Below, piece by piece: positions 49,601-54,926 of a DNA stretch of 62,212 nt (positions within the stretch are counted from its first letter, which is position 1; every line of letters begins with the position of its first letter). The notes below the pieces were generated by a model. It ran no database searches, had not been told where the DNA came from, and saw nothing but the letters and a program-made list of their open reading frames with translations. A program made the position numbers and the translations under genes. Origin of the DNA: Patescibacteria group bacterium (GTDB lineage: Bacteria; Patescibacteriota; Gracilibacteria; UM-FILTER-43-11); assembly GCA_029260955.1 (NCBI GenBank), contig JAJDCF010000007.1:1-62212 (forward strand), given 5' to 3'.

Positions 49601-50624
49601 AATCCACTTCGGCAGGGCTCCAGCGCCCAGTTCTTTCAATGCTTTCGTTAATGCCGCTTCTATAAATTTTGAGGGCTTCGGCAAAGTTGTAGGCGTATTT
49701 CTTGAATATATTCTCAGTATGAACATCAAACATGTTGTCGATGGTGCTATCATCCATAATTGGACTGTCGGGACTTCCCAAGTCTGTACTCACATCTTTC
49801 ACCATTTCTTTGAGCAGATGTTTGTTGAAACGATTCATGACTAACTCCTCCATGTATTTTATATAGCGACCGTAATTACTGTAATCGATGTAATTCATCT
49901 GTTTTTCCATTTCTGGAAAGTTGGCGTACAGCATTCGTTTCTCAAAATCAGCAAATATCGGATTGCCTGTACTGAATTCATAATTCTTATCAAAATAGGC
50001 TATTAATTCTTGTTTAGCGGTGCTTGGGTCCTTACTTGGTGGCACAATTAGGCCATGCCAAACTTCGGGTGTTGGTGCACTAACGTCTGCATTTGCTTCA
50101 AACTGACCTGTTTCATGATTGTAAATATATGCTTTCCGGTAAAAATCAGTGTAGGGGTAAATACTTGGAGCCGTCATTCCATCATCTTCGTGTACGACTG
50201 GAATTGGCACATCCCCGATTAGCACCACACCAAGTAATTGATTGTTATCCTCCTTTTTGGAGTTATTGTTGAGCGGGTTGCCGTCAATTTGATCAGTATC
50301 TATGCCTTCGAAATAGAGTTTTTCCAGCATGCTGGCAATTCGGAAGGTGGATTCGTTTTTGTCGACCTCCAAAACAAAAGACTTGGAATGAGGTGTCCTT
50401 TTTTGTGCGCTGTTCGCGTAAGTCATGATCCTTCCTCGCATGTCAAAATCATCCATCAATCCGTCTTCGACAAGAATGGCTATAAGGCCTAATTTGTTCA
50501 GATCTTCATTTTCGGCTGGATTTATGGTCTGTACAGGTATTTGCACATCCTCAATTTCGGCTTGTGCAAGTGCTTTTTGTACGACAAAATCCTGAAATGG
50601 CAAATAGTCTAGGTAATTTCCCAA
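37662..50624 (-). CDS. Giant mosaic surface protein (4,320 aa as tracked; the true start is probably further upstream)
   Basis: Uninterrupted 12,963-nt ORF. Modules read from the translation, with approximate nt ranges:
- Asp/Gly-rich linker, 48075-48190.
- Ig-like beta modules, 46985-47885.
- FG-GAP/VCBS-like repeats, 45650-46030.
- DUF11-like repeat (LEETLTYTITINSG..ADTVPDSL), 45000-45290.
- Two Pro-rich hydrophobic blocks, 44200-44540 and 42650-42930.
- Long helical region, 41400-43900.
- Three SLH domains, 38520-39089.
- Two TSP3-like Ca-binding modules, 37854-38519. Confidence 0.9.
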   Translation of the reverse strand: MGNYLDYLPFQDFVVQKALAQAEIEDVQIPVQTINPAENEDLNKLGLIAILVEDGLMDDFDMRGRIMTYANSAQKRTPHSKSFVLEVDKNESTFRIASMLEKLYFEGIDTDQIDGNPLNNNSKKEDNNQLLGVVLIGDVPIPVVHEDDGMTAPSIYPYTDFYRKAYIYNHETGQFEANADVSAPTPEVWHGLIVPPSKDPSTAKQELIAYFDKNYEFSTGNPIFADFEKRMLYANFPEMEKQMNYIDYSNYGRYIKYMEELVMNRFNKHLLKEMVKDVSTDLGSPDSPIMDDSTIDNMFDVHTENIFKKYAYNFAEALKIYRSGINESIERTGRWSPAEVDSPESLITMRDEYGKYQIKRKQLILEKETDEFIQNNVSFGARQENIFTKAKLKVEMSILGIEIDSNTFDFDGYFDGQKASDILVSPQCGIKVGQQRQEGQSVLENNSVMVNANRMYNPDTLLTPPDDDDEWELAESETYKKYAGCVFNNSMTIEETGSSPNKCQPTLAAGSIYDILGSIEAQAEDAVDLAGRCDIQKMTFRLPNILQYFSVAASGLVVPISLDTTLTEVIDEAYEDLHGNFPNADPITKGSFVVQRLIASGQELSYSPIPSVEIDISVTTEKKNIDTLYAHVEPTNETIKAIKHIGEPRMDPLTGQVKFPQLTTPSIPADGIRYISFAKNGLKQAFEYLNLFRVDGDNQEEITKNLLSQIAKKQQELNTKTTAQSNLFEDFFVDNAEIIEPVIWRAASIDQKLADIIPKYVDRDSVMPTPFYNPRKSPQNKPEGYEVLHIVADGDAQGYQFGLNRAMQAQAPSSASDESDGDGTGTGGPDADDDGGDGTGDGEGDGNYLCGDPAGVEIWEWFEALQCWIEEEILPAEELFKLDNSCSAAPLPPEEEEESEDIFDQILSTAATFDVQMKRKSLVPGQEELIKISALNEKGEPVLGYIDMPIKLVLDDPSLGTFSNKGKDVYIYTGEREIKFTAKKTGSSKLKITMDGLPENKKHREITINVYDSVDIGWGATEEIKAGRSEFTISVTLKKPDGSHITNINDTLAIGPEQPADGGFENGGQVKLLNGKGTIKFIPTPGKKTITLISKDKTPGITGEPFVIHPTGAAATQIILRAPPYIPIGKEVEMEVLAADNFGFPGEDFNGTISVQLDEKSAEFASLVSPYVVMIKGVGTAIIKGGKETADIKLIATHDDLRGAQVDIPLLARVDSADWEKTYPQNLFASFVGFPAGDFTQENYFGGTHLFGGKTEAVYSFLSAPTPETTVSIAPNHLITTTGQSQIVYVEFPNNELLLQAFDQKTMQTLISKKVALNFDAVEKYENTPPEIGKMYVDILDTDYVTLKNNNGLQIRNLYNEVIANLQPNGAYINDSNFTWEYESQPEYNVIELKLTNGLVTPARVLISLNPETIEPGDFGDINPGLKWNTTYGGTSTNDPTGLTFFAQNAEVPEVIRNEFYGLEDKQKYLSLFASGTNAGDAVKFNMPANAILLGDPTIKLKTKSTSSLNYNRATGQQIYEDAESKQIASINHFNFNNDGNQDIALLTEDGRVRLLEGGATEPPYKDKGNIAFLVDGGVALESFDFDKDNYEDLLVATDAGRLAILHNDKEVITRSDHKLNIGKKMYKILKGDMDQDGYGDLVILDSRGDIYIFYYDPAKGKFPENGKWIANYGYSLKLDANLNTDLDIRYTGMSEPSEPGQEPGNEVVPPGGKPPLEGYEIGGNVPDFLTLPFIQGQTDATKAAAENPVAAAQNSGGVPKLPWPEGDETETYFAPIESVGSLSVSKKVSNKDRPDSENVDLEETLTYTITINSGANLNNVIIADTVPDSLAFDKNSVTCLQGGCQSMEAKKNSIKAFFSGLNLSAGQTTIISYDVFVAHTPEADVLLQRINEPNENLPNPNSIIDEYLDILASPPYNNTGKLLLHYTTGPRSYATTESNDPEPPESSDALNDFGDLMNQMKAHSGGNFSKDFPPPEPKIGASYGDVLDEITGNNDCFEDVSNFGDDITSVGCAEEVLDDIGEAIADFSCMGGGCFPMPFNRAFLVPPDFAMPIFAFPTTLPTPIGPMPFFDVFHAITPIGAASIPGPIMSAIRLYLSPTLTGGIGIAMCWGPYPQAPAVPPPVWPIPYPPPVGNCMVTALPVDDLFAGACSTLRDEVFIPLMDLISSGINKVNSTVNDINNNPNIPGSIEQGGPDQGAGGLEISLAVNLGESMKFDPPAKAFSNTHIPTFDSIGGVISGWFDRQTMEIKNKLLTLPTFSIFLPDVKSLFTSDFQKTEKEFESWKNTMSGSMSETLNAIDKISQSKDESNTSSSKTVIQNIKSGMQDVSGSKVLQYVDAIETQASIYNLNALEGLYDVASTLPLVRLTEKPIQFDIPWLSAAEIQAWIMEAQNWVVYYEREYARVKDKWEALTCDDKPDVVDGGSLSENSAECVGRHLADAFGLNLDPLINSVKENIEVLQSYLAFPKQLVKFKQQLADYIRQVACHLDVVAQMMGGWMATIQQQMVSWAELILTIVAIIDNIEELFDLFTNFDANCDICTNERYANFGWWMLLGIVLPEIPIIQFPKIPDIVLDMSNMDALIDIELPVLNIRTKPIPLPPLPYITLPDLPSISILLTLPPLPILPRLPELPDLPPLPPIPTIDLPTLPVPPKLPDVAQAFEAIIPIIEKVLEIWCIMKKSFAPVPEQMLNDQITLLTNRPAYLIPLDLLKIQLPDIALFDIGFNELRIETIVYLGLRLNVASKPLEKLSEDWNGWIAEIPIAMNKAYSEYIEVIEKDFQALLDDVEEGMAKIADTISEGCIEYDWEADECVQTLQGAIDDSLGKKLEEADKWLRDKEGEWQAFADEIGSDLSYEEYYKAINSANETVNKWSGEAADKLKKWFAENADWIGWITPMAKIFEYIDEGTPADELQEILDLVAEKINESLVAGPTVLTRLSICLHAWPDCKNNKEAYFGDDKEASATINPELPKENKLIAQVPPIQSQPVTSPQISEEEYAKQILNTPQGHEIRSLLTKMTEAIDEVNENEMVDYKVLKEKFGVPDYKPLPRKTTVDKLRLMEQELIKHSDQLMAEAVGQKHITDLNAIAGKPPRSALPYELAEATLNPENNEIKVFTSALPPKALAKSDENPVSKAFMKLEERVERTVGQISGSEGEAPAGGLSGGCPAAVCLPDTITKKPVPVIPHIDLIGSSETLFMPNGHLAYSDGTGLYLKRDLTLVDDDKNTDTGNPKRYEFDEIASQLHISEQPMEAVNMLQTTFTENGASTFTWKPTAHSDIYGYGIELERTISGYDSNKQNNQLADTKIILLPADDEGETPAVTADDQPISFGTLVTSLTNKEEAAKKFGVSPRNIVTGVSEVRFPTVSNALINVSENKAVYFDQLTGSSYNMSMENGYYQIKMTWFDQYANIASYNQNEILAPQIYASSADPIDVSQTDTYYMPIFKDKEIRASEIFVDLAGDYNYYWFLNPETNTLTPEVGNTLNIAGQNEEKKFKVKLVATQNIEDNSFETFEKTFTVIVYIPTINLDPEQLGEGIIAGDMEPIQRAAGDDLSDIPFSVFRKRLGTWKNIGILRAEDTDKTATSPALDTEQHYFSVASDGSYNIEGFELLDPSPILLKDHEGNVVAEVEPDSGLINLNDPSFDIKAVPGGTEYPTHIAIIKRETEELLGNVYYIADTTNNVTIKDSSLTLSNVESSGVTVGDANASDDVVAAVIPVNGPSFPGGVAIFEDGAQENVALVDKDGTIRMMKAGYELRIKNKTSGDGKYIFQIVTSGGSPIYDIFIQANFDNLQVDNSTDMDSLNTQIGFLKPVDTAFAQSTPETSTEIDTTPVPGFQFEIEEPREVEGNPFPDVDESHPFFSQILELYKSRVISGYGDGSFKPDQKLTRAEFIKIALGVTNCVDCTTPNAAVKEKYTSNPFPDVSLPSWYFYCISIAKELGMITGYGDGFFRPERNISRAEAAAVLLRQSGIEIVEAPENAFVDVPEYAWYVDYVYTAVEIGLIQSNFGVVGPDVEITRGEFAFMAAGVKDLSECRIVDTDDDGVPDWWEMTHDMDIFTPDADRACPCYDSPWTLDTDGDGKKDVCDLDIDNDGVLNPLCIFTDTGEIDPKKLAEGVLTLGSPLDNCIFDPNEDQVDFDTNTIGNICEEEPILPIEPIELCECSDNPNMNDTDEDGIRDVCDDDIDSDGILNPICIFDESGLLDPSKLAVESAEGAEGVEIVEIDNCIFVANSDQVASACEATDLCPTIPEDIDGVDDEDGCPELNDNFPAKDPGVYVGPGELCGFVDFTTGFMAEDRFMTAITDLETHEILLSESTEVIFSK
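37854..38519 (-). other. Tandemly duplicated thrombospondin-type-3-like Ca-binding / Cys module at the C-terminus of the giant protein
   Basis: CPCYDSPWTLDTDGDGKKDVCDLDIDNDGVLNPLCIF...DPKKLA...DNCIFDPNEDQV, repeated as CECSDNPNMNDTDEDGIRDVCDDDIDSDGILNPICIF...DPSKLA...DNCIFVANSDQV. Confidence 0.7.
38520..39089 (-). other. Three SLH (S-layer homology) domains within the giant protein
   Basis: NPFPDVDESHPFFSQILELYKSRVISGYGDGSFKPDQKLTRAEF; NPFPDVSLPSWYFYCISIAKELGMITGYGDGFFRPERNISRAEA; FVDVPEYAWYVDYVYTAVEIGLIQ...EITRGEF. I verified the Asn codon of the first NPFPDV at 39087-39089. Confidence 0.8.
45650..46030 (-). other. FG-GAP/VCBS-like (integrin-alpha-type) repeats within the giant protein
   Basis: NFNNDGNQDIALLTEDGRVRLL; DFDKDNYEDLLVATDAGRLAIL; GDMDQDGYGDLVILDSRGDIYIF. 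This is the D-x-D/N-x-D-G-x-x-D Ca-binding loop followed by a beta strand. Confidence 0.65.
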
Positions 50625-50727
50625 AGTTACAAGTACCAGAAGTCCGGCGATTAGACGTTTTATTTTTGCTATTTTTTGTTTTACTTAAGACATTTTTTGC
50701 CATTTTACAGTGTATCAAAATTGGCCT

Positions 50728-50755
50728 TTATCACCAAAGAGAAATAACCTATAAT
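50728..50755 (+). promoter_or_regulatory. Candidate sigma70 promoter for tRNA-Val
   Basis: TTATCA (50728-50733), 16-nt spacer, TATAAT (50750-50755), about 40 nt upstream of the tRNA. An 8-bp palindrome, TTGCCTAC (50756-50763) / GTAGGCAA (50777-50784), lies in the leader. Confidence 0.45.
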
Positions 50756-50794
50756 TTGCCTACCAAAAAAGAGGTTGTAGGCAAGACTACAAGG

Positions 50795-50871
50795 GGGCGG
50801 TTAGCTCAGTTGGCTAGAGCGCGGCATTGACGTTGCTGAGGTCAGAGGTTCGACTCCTCTACCGCCCACCA
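50795..50871 (+). tRNA. tRNA-Val(GAC)
   Basis: 77-nt cloverleaf: GGGCGGT-TA-GCTC-AGTTGGCTA-GAGC-G-CGGCA-TTGACGT-TGCTG-AGGTC-AGAGG-TTCGACT-CCTCT-ACCGCCC-A-CCA. Anticodon GAC. CCA is encoded. Confidence 0.9.
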
Positions 50872-51031
50872 CCCATCACTGAACTACTGCCTACGAATGA
50901 ACCTCTGGTAAGGCTCTTTCTTCGGCATACGTTCAGTTCTGGGTCCCACCCCGTAAAATCCTTCTCGTCCTCACTTTGTTCGTCCTGCGATTGAATTTTG
51001 CGGGGAGCCCGTTTTTTTTGGGCGGTAGTAC

Positions 51032-51059
51032 TTGTCTTTTTATGCGAATCTGGTACAAT
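51032..51059 (+). promoter_or_regulatory. Candidate extended -10 promoter of the signalling operon
   Basis: TTGTCT (51032-51037), 16-nt spacer ending in TGG, TACAAT (51054-51059), about 58 nt upstream of the histidine kinase ATG. Confidence 0.45.
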
Positions 51060-51116
51060 TTAGCCTGTAGTTGCACTTGGAAATAAAAAGAAAAACAAGC
51101 CATAAATTACATTTTT

Positions 51117-53090
51117 ATGTCTTCAATTTCTCATATCAAAGGCAAGAAAATAGTTAAGGCTAAGCTAAAGCTTAAGAAGCCTCATAGTGAGACTTGTTTA
51201 GAGAAGGTTCAAGGTACTCATACATGTATGGCTGCTTCGCAAGAAATGTACCGGGATTTGGTTGAAATGGCGCATGAGGGGATCACTATGGTTGATCCGG
51301 ATGACAATCTGACTTTTGTTAATAAGCAATTTGCTAAGAGCTTGGGCTATAAGGTGAATGAGCTTGTTGGTCGTACTCTCTTTAGCCTTTCCACAAAAGC
51401 GTCGGCCACAATGATGAAGAAGGAGACAGAGAAGCGGAAAATGGGTAAGAAATCACGTTATGAAGTAGTGATGTTTCATCGAGACGGAAGTAAAAAGTAT
51501 TTTTGGCTTTCTGCTAGTCCCATGTATGGTCCTTCGCGAGAATTTATTGGCTCCATGGGAGTTTATGCAGATTTGACGGAAAAGAGGGTAATGGAGGTTA
51601 AGCTTAAGAGAAAAGTCCGACAAATCGATACTCTTTATAAAGTTTATGAGCACGCAAGAATGGTTAAGCCCTTGGGTGTGGTGCTCAATGGAATTACACA
51701 AGAAGTGTGTCAGGCCCTTCCTTCTGCCAAGCATGTTCAAGCCAAGCTTGTTTTTGATCAGAAGACTTACACATATCCAAAAAAGCTTAAGAGTTTTGTT
51801 AAAAAAATTGAGGTTCCACTAGAGATCGTGGGCATTAAAAGAGGGGTGTTGCAAGTTGGTTATAATAAAGTTTTGCCCAATATAGTTGGCGAGGATTCCT
51901 TGAAAGAGGAGAAAAAGCTGGTTAAGAATGTAGCTAAAATTCTTTGCAAGCATATGTATGCTCGCGGAGTTCTAGATCGTCATAGAGTGATTATTCAAAA
52001 GGCTTTTACCGCCATTATCATTGTTAATGACAAAAAAATTGCCTACGTAAATCCTAAGTTTTATAGGATGTTCAAGTGCAAAGAAGACCAGGCAATTGGT
52101 GAGAAGATTCGGAAGTTCTTGCCGAATTGCACTTCTCAGTGTGGGATGGATAGGAGGGTGCGAGAGTGTATTGGCAAACGTTTAACCGGGGAAAACATTG
52201 ATTTGGCGATGATTACGCAGCGCATTAGCTATCATGGTAAGCCTTCCACTCTAATTCGTGTTAACGATATTTCTGCACTGAAGAAAGCTCAGGCAAGGTT
52301 GAGCGGCTTTAATCAAGAGCTGCAAAAAACAGTGAAAGAAAAGACGCTTCATTTGGAGGAGGCAAATAAGAGACTTCAGTCTATCAATCAGCTTAAGGAT
52401 GAGTTTATTGCCATTACTTCTCACGAACTTCGTTCGCCTCTTACTTCGATACGGGGGTATCTCTCTTTTTTGGTTGAGGAAGAATCCATCGAGCAGATTT
52501 CTGATCCCTATCGGGAATATTTGATTCGAGCCTATAGCACAACCGATTCTCTAAACTATCTGATCAACAATATCCTTGATGTTTCTCGCTTGGATATGGG
52601 CCGTTTTCAACTGCAAAGGCAGGATACTGACATCATTAAGCTCACCTGTAATATTTTGGAAAGTCTTTCTTTTCAAATGAGTGAAAAGCGACTTGAACTT
52701 GAATTTGATAATTGCACTGGCCAGAATCAGCTCATTATCTCTATCGATTCGATTCGTATGTCTCAAGTTTTCAGAAACATTCTTGATAATTCCATTAAGT
52801 TCACTAAAAGGGGCAAAAAAATTAAAGTTTCAATCAAGTATCAAGCTAAAGGCAAGGGTCTTTGTATTTCTGTTGCTGACCAAGGTGTTGGAATACCTAA
52901 GGCTAAATTGGATCAGATTTTTGATAAGTTTATGCAGGTCAAAAACACTCATACGAAGTACAAAGGTGGTGTTGGATTGGGACTTTTTATTGCTAAGAGA
53001 ATTGTTGAATTGCACAAGGGGCAAATTAAAGCCGTTAAGAATATCGATGGAGGAACCACCATATCAATTCATTTGCCTTTAACCGATTAA
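51117..53090 (+). CDS. PAS-domain sensor histidine kinase (cytoplasmic; no TM helix evident)
   Basis: PAS-like segments (YRDLVEMAHEGITMVDPDDNLTFVNKQFAKSLGY...; IIQKAFTAIIIVNDKKIAYVNPKFYRMF...). H-box ITSHELRSPLTSIRGY, N-box RNILDNSIKFT, G1 VADQGVGIP, G2 GGVGLGLFIAKRIV. Confidence 0.9.
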   Translation: MSSISHIKGKKIVKAKLKLKKPHSETCLEKVQGTHTCMAASQEMYRDLVEMAHEGITMVDPDDNLTFVNKQFAKSLGYKVNELVGRTLFSLSTKASATMMKKETEKRKMGKKSRYEVVMFHRDGSKKYFWLSASPMYGPSREFIGSMGVYADLTEKRVMEVKLKRKVRQIDTLYKVYEHARMVKPLGVVLNGITQEVCQALPSAKHVQAKLVFDQKTYTYPKKLKSFVKKIEVPLEIVGIKRGVLQVGYNKVLPNIVGEDSLKEEKKLVKNVAKILCKHMYARGVLDRHRVIIQKAFTAIIIVNDKKIAYVNPKFYRMFKCKEDQAIGEKIRKFLPNCTSQCGMDRRVRECIGKRLTGENIDLAMITQRISYHGKPSTLIRVNDISALKKAQARLSGFNQELQKTVKEKTLHLEEANKRLQSINQLKDEFIAITSHELRSPLTSIRGYLSFLVEEESIEQISDPYREYLIRAYSTTDSLNYLINNILDVSRLDMGRFQLQRQDTDIIKLTCNILESLSFQMSEKRLELEFDNCTGQNQLIISIDSIRMSQVFRNILDNSIKFTKRGKKIKVSIKYQAKGKGLCISVADQGVGIPKAKLDQIFDKFMQVKNTHTKYKGGVGLGLFIAKRIVELHKGQIKAVKNIDGGTTISIHLPLTD

Positions 53091-53101
53091 TACTGTAGCT
53101 C

Positions 53102-53503
53102 ATGGCTAAAACTTCAAAAAATGTTAAGGTGCTGATCGTTGAAGATAACGCGAATATCTGTGAAATGTATGCGGTTACTTTTATGCGTCGAGGTTTTACA
53201 GTTTACACAGCTCCCGATGGTCGGAGCGCTATACAAAAGTACCAGAACAAGAAGCCTGATATCATTTTGCTGGACATCATGATGCCTCATGTTGATGGCT
53301 ATAAGGTGTTAAGCGAAGTGCGAAAGGACGTGAATGAGTACACTCCGGTGATTATGCTTACGAATCTGGATGCTAATGATTTTGCCAGGGAATCGCAGCT
53401 CGAAAATATAGATGCATACCTTATAAAATCACATCACAGTCCCCGAGAGGTGGTTGATAAGACTATTGAGGTGCTTAGAATCAACAATATTGCAGTCGAA
53501 TAG
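53102..53503 (+). CDS. Single-domain response regulator (REC only, CheY-like)
   Basis: VLIVEDN acidic pocket, phospho-acceptor Asp in IILLDIMMP, and AYLIKS conserved Lys. At 133 aa it has no output domain. Confidence 0.9.
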   Translation: MAKTSKNVKVLIVEDNANICEMYAVTFMRRGFTVYTAPDGRSAIQKYQNKKPDIILLDIMMPHVDGYKVLSEVRKDVNEYTPVIMLTNLDANDFARESQLENIDAYLIKSHHSPREVVDKTIEVLRINNIAVE

Positions 53504-53568
53504 CTTGAAAAAAGCTCTGTTTTATGCTAAAATAATAGGAAATAATTTTATTTTAGTAATAATTAATT

Positions 53569-54054
53569 ATGGCTGGACCAGAATCACAACCAGAGGTGTT
53601 AAGCCAAGAAGATGTTAATATTCAAAAAATGGGGGGATTCATGCCTGAAAAGAAGGCTGAGGGAACTTCAGGTGGGGCGGAGGACAAGGAGCAGAATGAG
53701 GCACTTCAAAAGAAGGCGCGAGATATGTTAGGCAAGAAACTAACTGGCGCAGTAAAGCACGTAATGAATGACCCTGAAGTTAAGGATCTAATAGATGAAT
53801 ACAAAAATGAAGGAGCTGTTCGTGAGAAAGATTTGAAAATGGTCTATGCTAAGCTTAAAATGGCTGGGACGGATTTCATAAATGGCCTCTTGAATGATCC
53901 AAATTTTCCCGGTGTAGAACATCTAGTATATAGCGACGGTGAAAGGAGTGGTGCTTATTCAGAGCGGGGGCTATTGAAGTTGGGTAATATTGCTTGTGGG
54001 ATAGATGCCGAAGCGAATGATAGTGGCGGAATTACCATTACAACACCAAAGTAA
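53569..54054 (+). CDS. Hypothetical protein (161 aa) inside the signalling cluster
   Basis: ORF only. No motif recognised. Confidence 0.45.
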   Translation: MAGPESQPEVLSQEDVNIQKMGGFMPEKKAEGTSGGAEDKEQNEALQKKARDMLGKKLTGAVKHVMNDPEVKDLIDEYKNEGAVREKDLKMVYAKLKMAGTDFINGLLNDPNFPGVEHLVYSDGERSGAYSERGLLKLGNIACGIDAEANDSGGITITTPK

Positions 54055-54081
54055 TAGCTTAAGCGATATGAATATTATATT

Positions 54082-54924
54082 TTGAGCTGTGTTAGTTTGA
54101 TAAGTGATACCTCTGAAAAAATAAAAGTGCCAAAACACAAAATTGAATTCACATTACCGTCTGATCTAAAGTTCTCCGCTCTTGTGCGGCGAATTTCTGA
54201 GGAAGTATTTCATCATGTTGGCTTTAACAAAGAATGGGCTGGTCGCCTCAAACTTGTGGTTGATGAACTTTATATGAATGCTGCTCGATATGGCTCCACG
54301 ACGGATGATGACAAGATTTATCTTCTCTTTACCTTTGATGAAAGTGAAATTAGTTTTCGAATTGAAGATGAAGGAAAGGGGGAAAGAAAAACGAACGCAG
54401 AGGATCTAAAAAAATTGATAAACAAAAATACTGGTGAGGTGACTGATGTGACTAAAACAAGCGGTAGAGGCCTTGCTCTGATTTCTAATTTGTGGACCGA
54501 TGGTATGACGATAGAAGATAGTGAGCATGGCGGAATTGCCATTACTTTTACAAAGAAAATTTCTGTTGACGCACCACCACCACCTCCACCAATGAAGGCA
54601 GTTGAACTGGAATCTGCTGTTCCTACAGCTCCACAAGGTGCAAAAGAGGAAATGAAACTTTCGGGTGAAATTGATGCTGCTAATCTTGAGGAGAAGGTGA
54701 AGCCTGTCAGTGAAAAGGTTACAGCTTTGCCGGTCGGAAGCACGCTTGTGTTGGACTGTGCAGACCTCGTTTATATCAATTCAACTGTTATTGGACACAT
54801 GGCTGGCTGGCTCAACGAGCTTCAGGCAAAACAAGGCCATTTGGTACTAAAAAATACGAATGAACAAATTCGAGAAGTGCTCGATTTGGTCGGAATTAGC
54901 AAAGTAGTTTATTTGGAATCCTAA
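54082..54924 (+). CDS. Fusion protein: RsbW/SpoIIAB-like anti-sigma Ser kinase (GHKL ATPase) plus C-terminal STAS (RsbV/SpoIIAA-like antagonist) domain
   Basis: N-terminal half: N-box ELYMNAARYG, G1 EDEGKG, G2 GRGLALI. PPPPPPP linker. C-terminal half: STAS-like MKLSGEIDAAN...LVLDCADLVYINSTVIGHMAGW...LVLKNTNEQIREVLDLVGI, with Ser/Thr at the usual phospho-acceptor position (INST). TTG start. Confidence 0.72.
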   Translation: MSCVSLISDTSEKIKVPKHKIEFTLPSDLKFSALVRRISEEVFHHVGFNKEWAGRLKLVVDELYMNAARYGSTTDDDKIYLLFTFDESEISFRIEDEGKGERKTNAEDLKKLINKNTGEVTDVTKTSGRGLALISNLWTDGMTIEDSEHGGIAITFTKKISVDAPPPPPPMKAVELESAVPTAPQGAKEEMKLSGEIDAANLEEKVKPVSEKVTALPVGSTLVLDCADLVYINSTVIGHMAGWLNELQAKQGHLVLKNTNEQIREVLDLVGISKVVYLES

Positions 54925-54926
54925 GT

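Noticed and set aside
32308-50871. The giant-protein operon as a tRNA-integrated genomic island (tRNA-Val at one end, excisionase-type HTH gene at the other)
   Set aside because: The operon lies on the 5' side of tRNA-Val, not the 3' side. There is no adjacent integrase. I saw no direct repeat of the tRNA 3' end at the far boundary. By eye, codon and base composition resemble the neighbouring housekeeping genes.
50949-51028. Long-range hairpin CCCCGTAAAAT (50949-50959) / ATTTTGCGGGG (50995-51005) plus a T8 run as the tRNA-Val terminator, and a downstream copy of the tRNA 5' acceptor strand (TGGGCGGTAG, 51019-51028)
   Set aside because: The loop is about 35 nt and the T-run is offset by 6 nt, so the terminator call is weak. 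The 10-nt acceptor-like match is too short to interpret as a tRNA remnant or att site without further copies.
52681-54743. 133-aa plus-strand ORF inside the histidine kinase gene (52681-53082) and the 141-aa and 76-aa antisense ORFs inside the RsbW-STAS gene (54318-54743)
   Set aside because: They overlap frames that carry complete H/N/G-box and STAS motifs. The antisense 141-aa ORF is the poly-Gly mirror image of the PPPPPPP linker.
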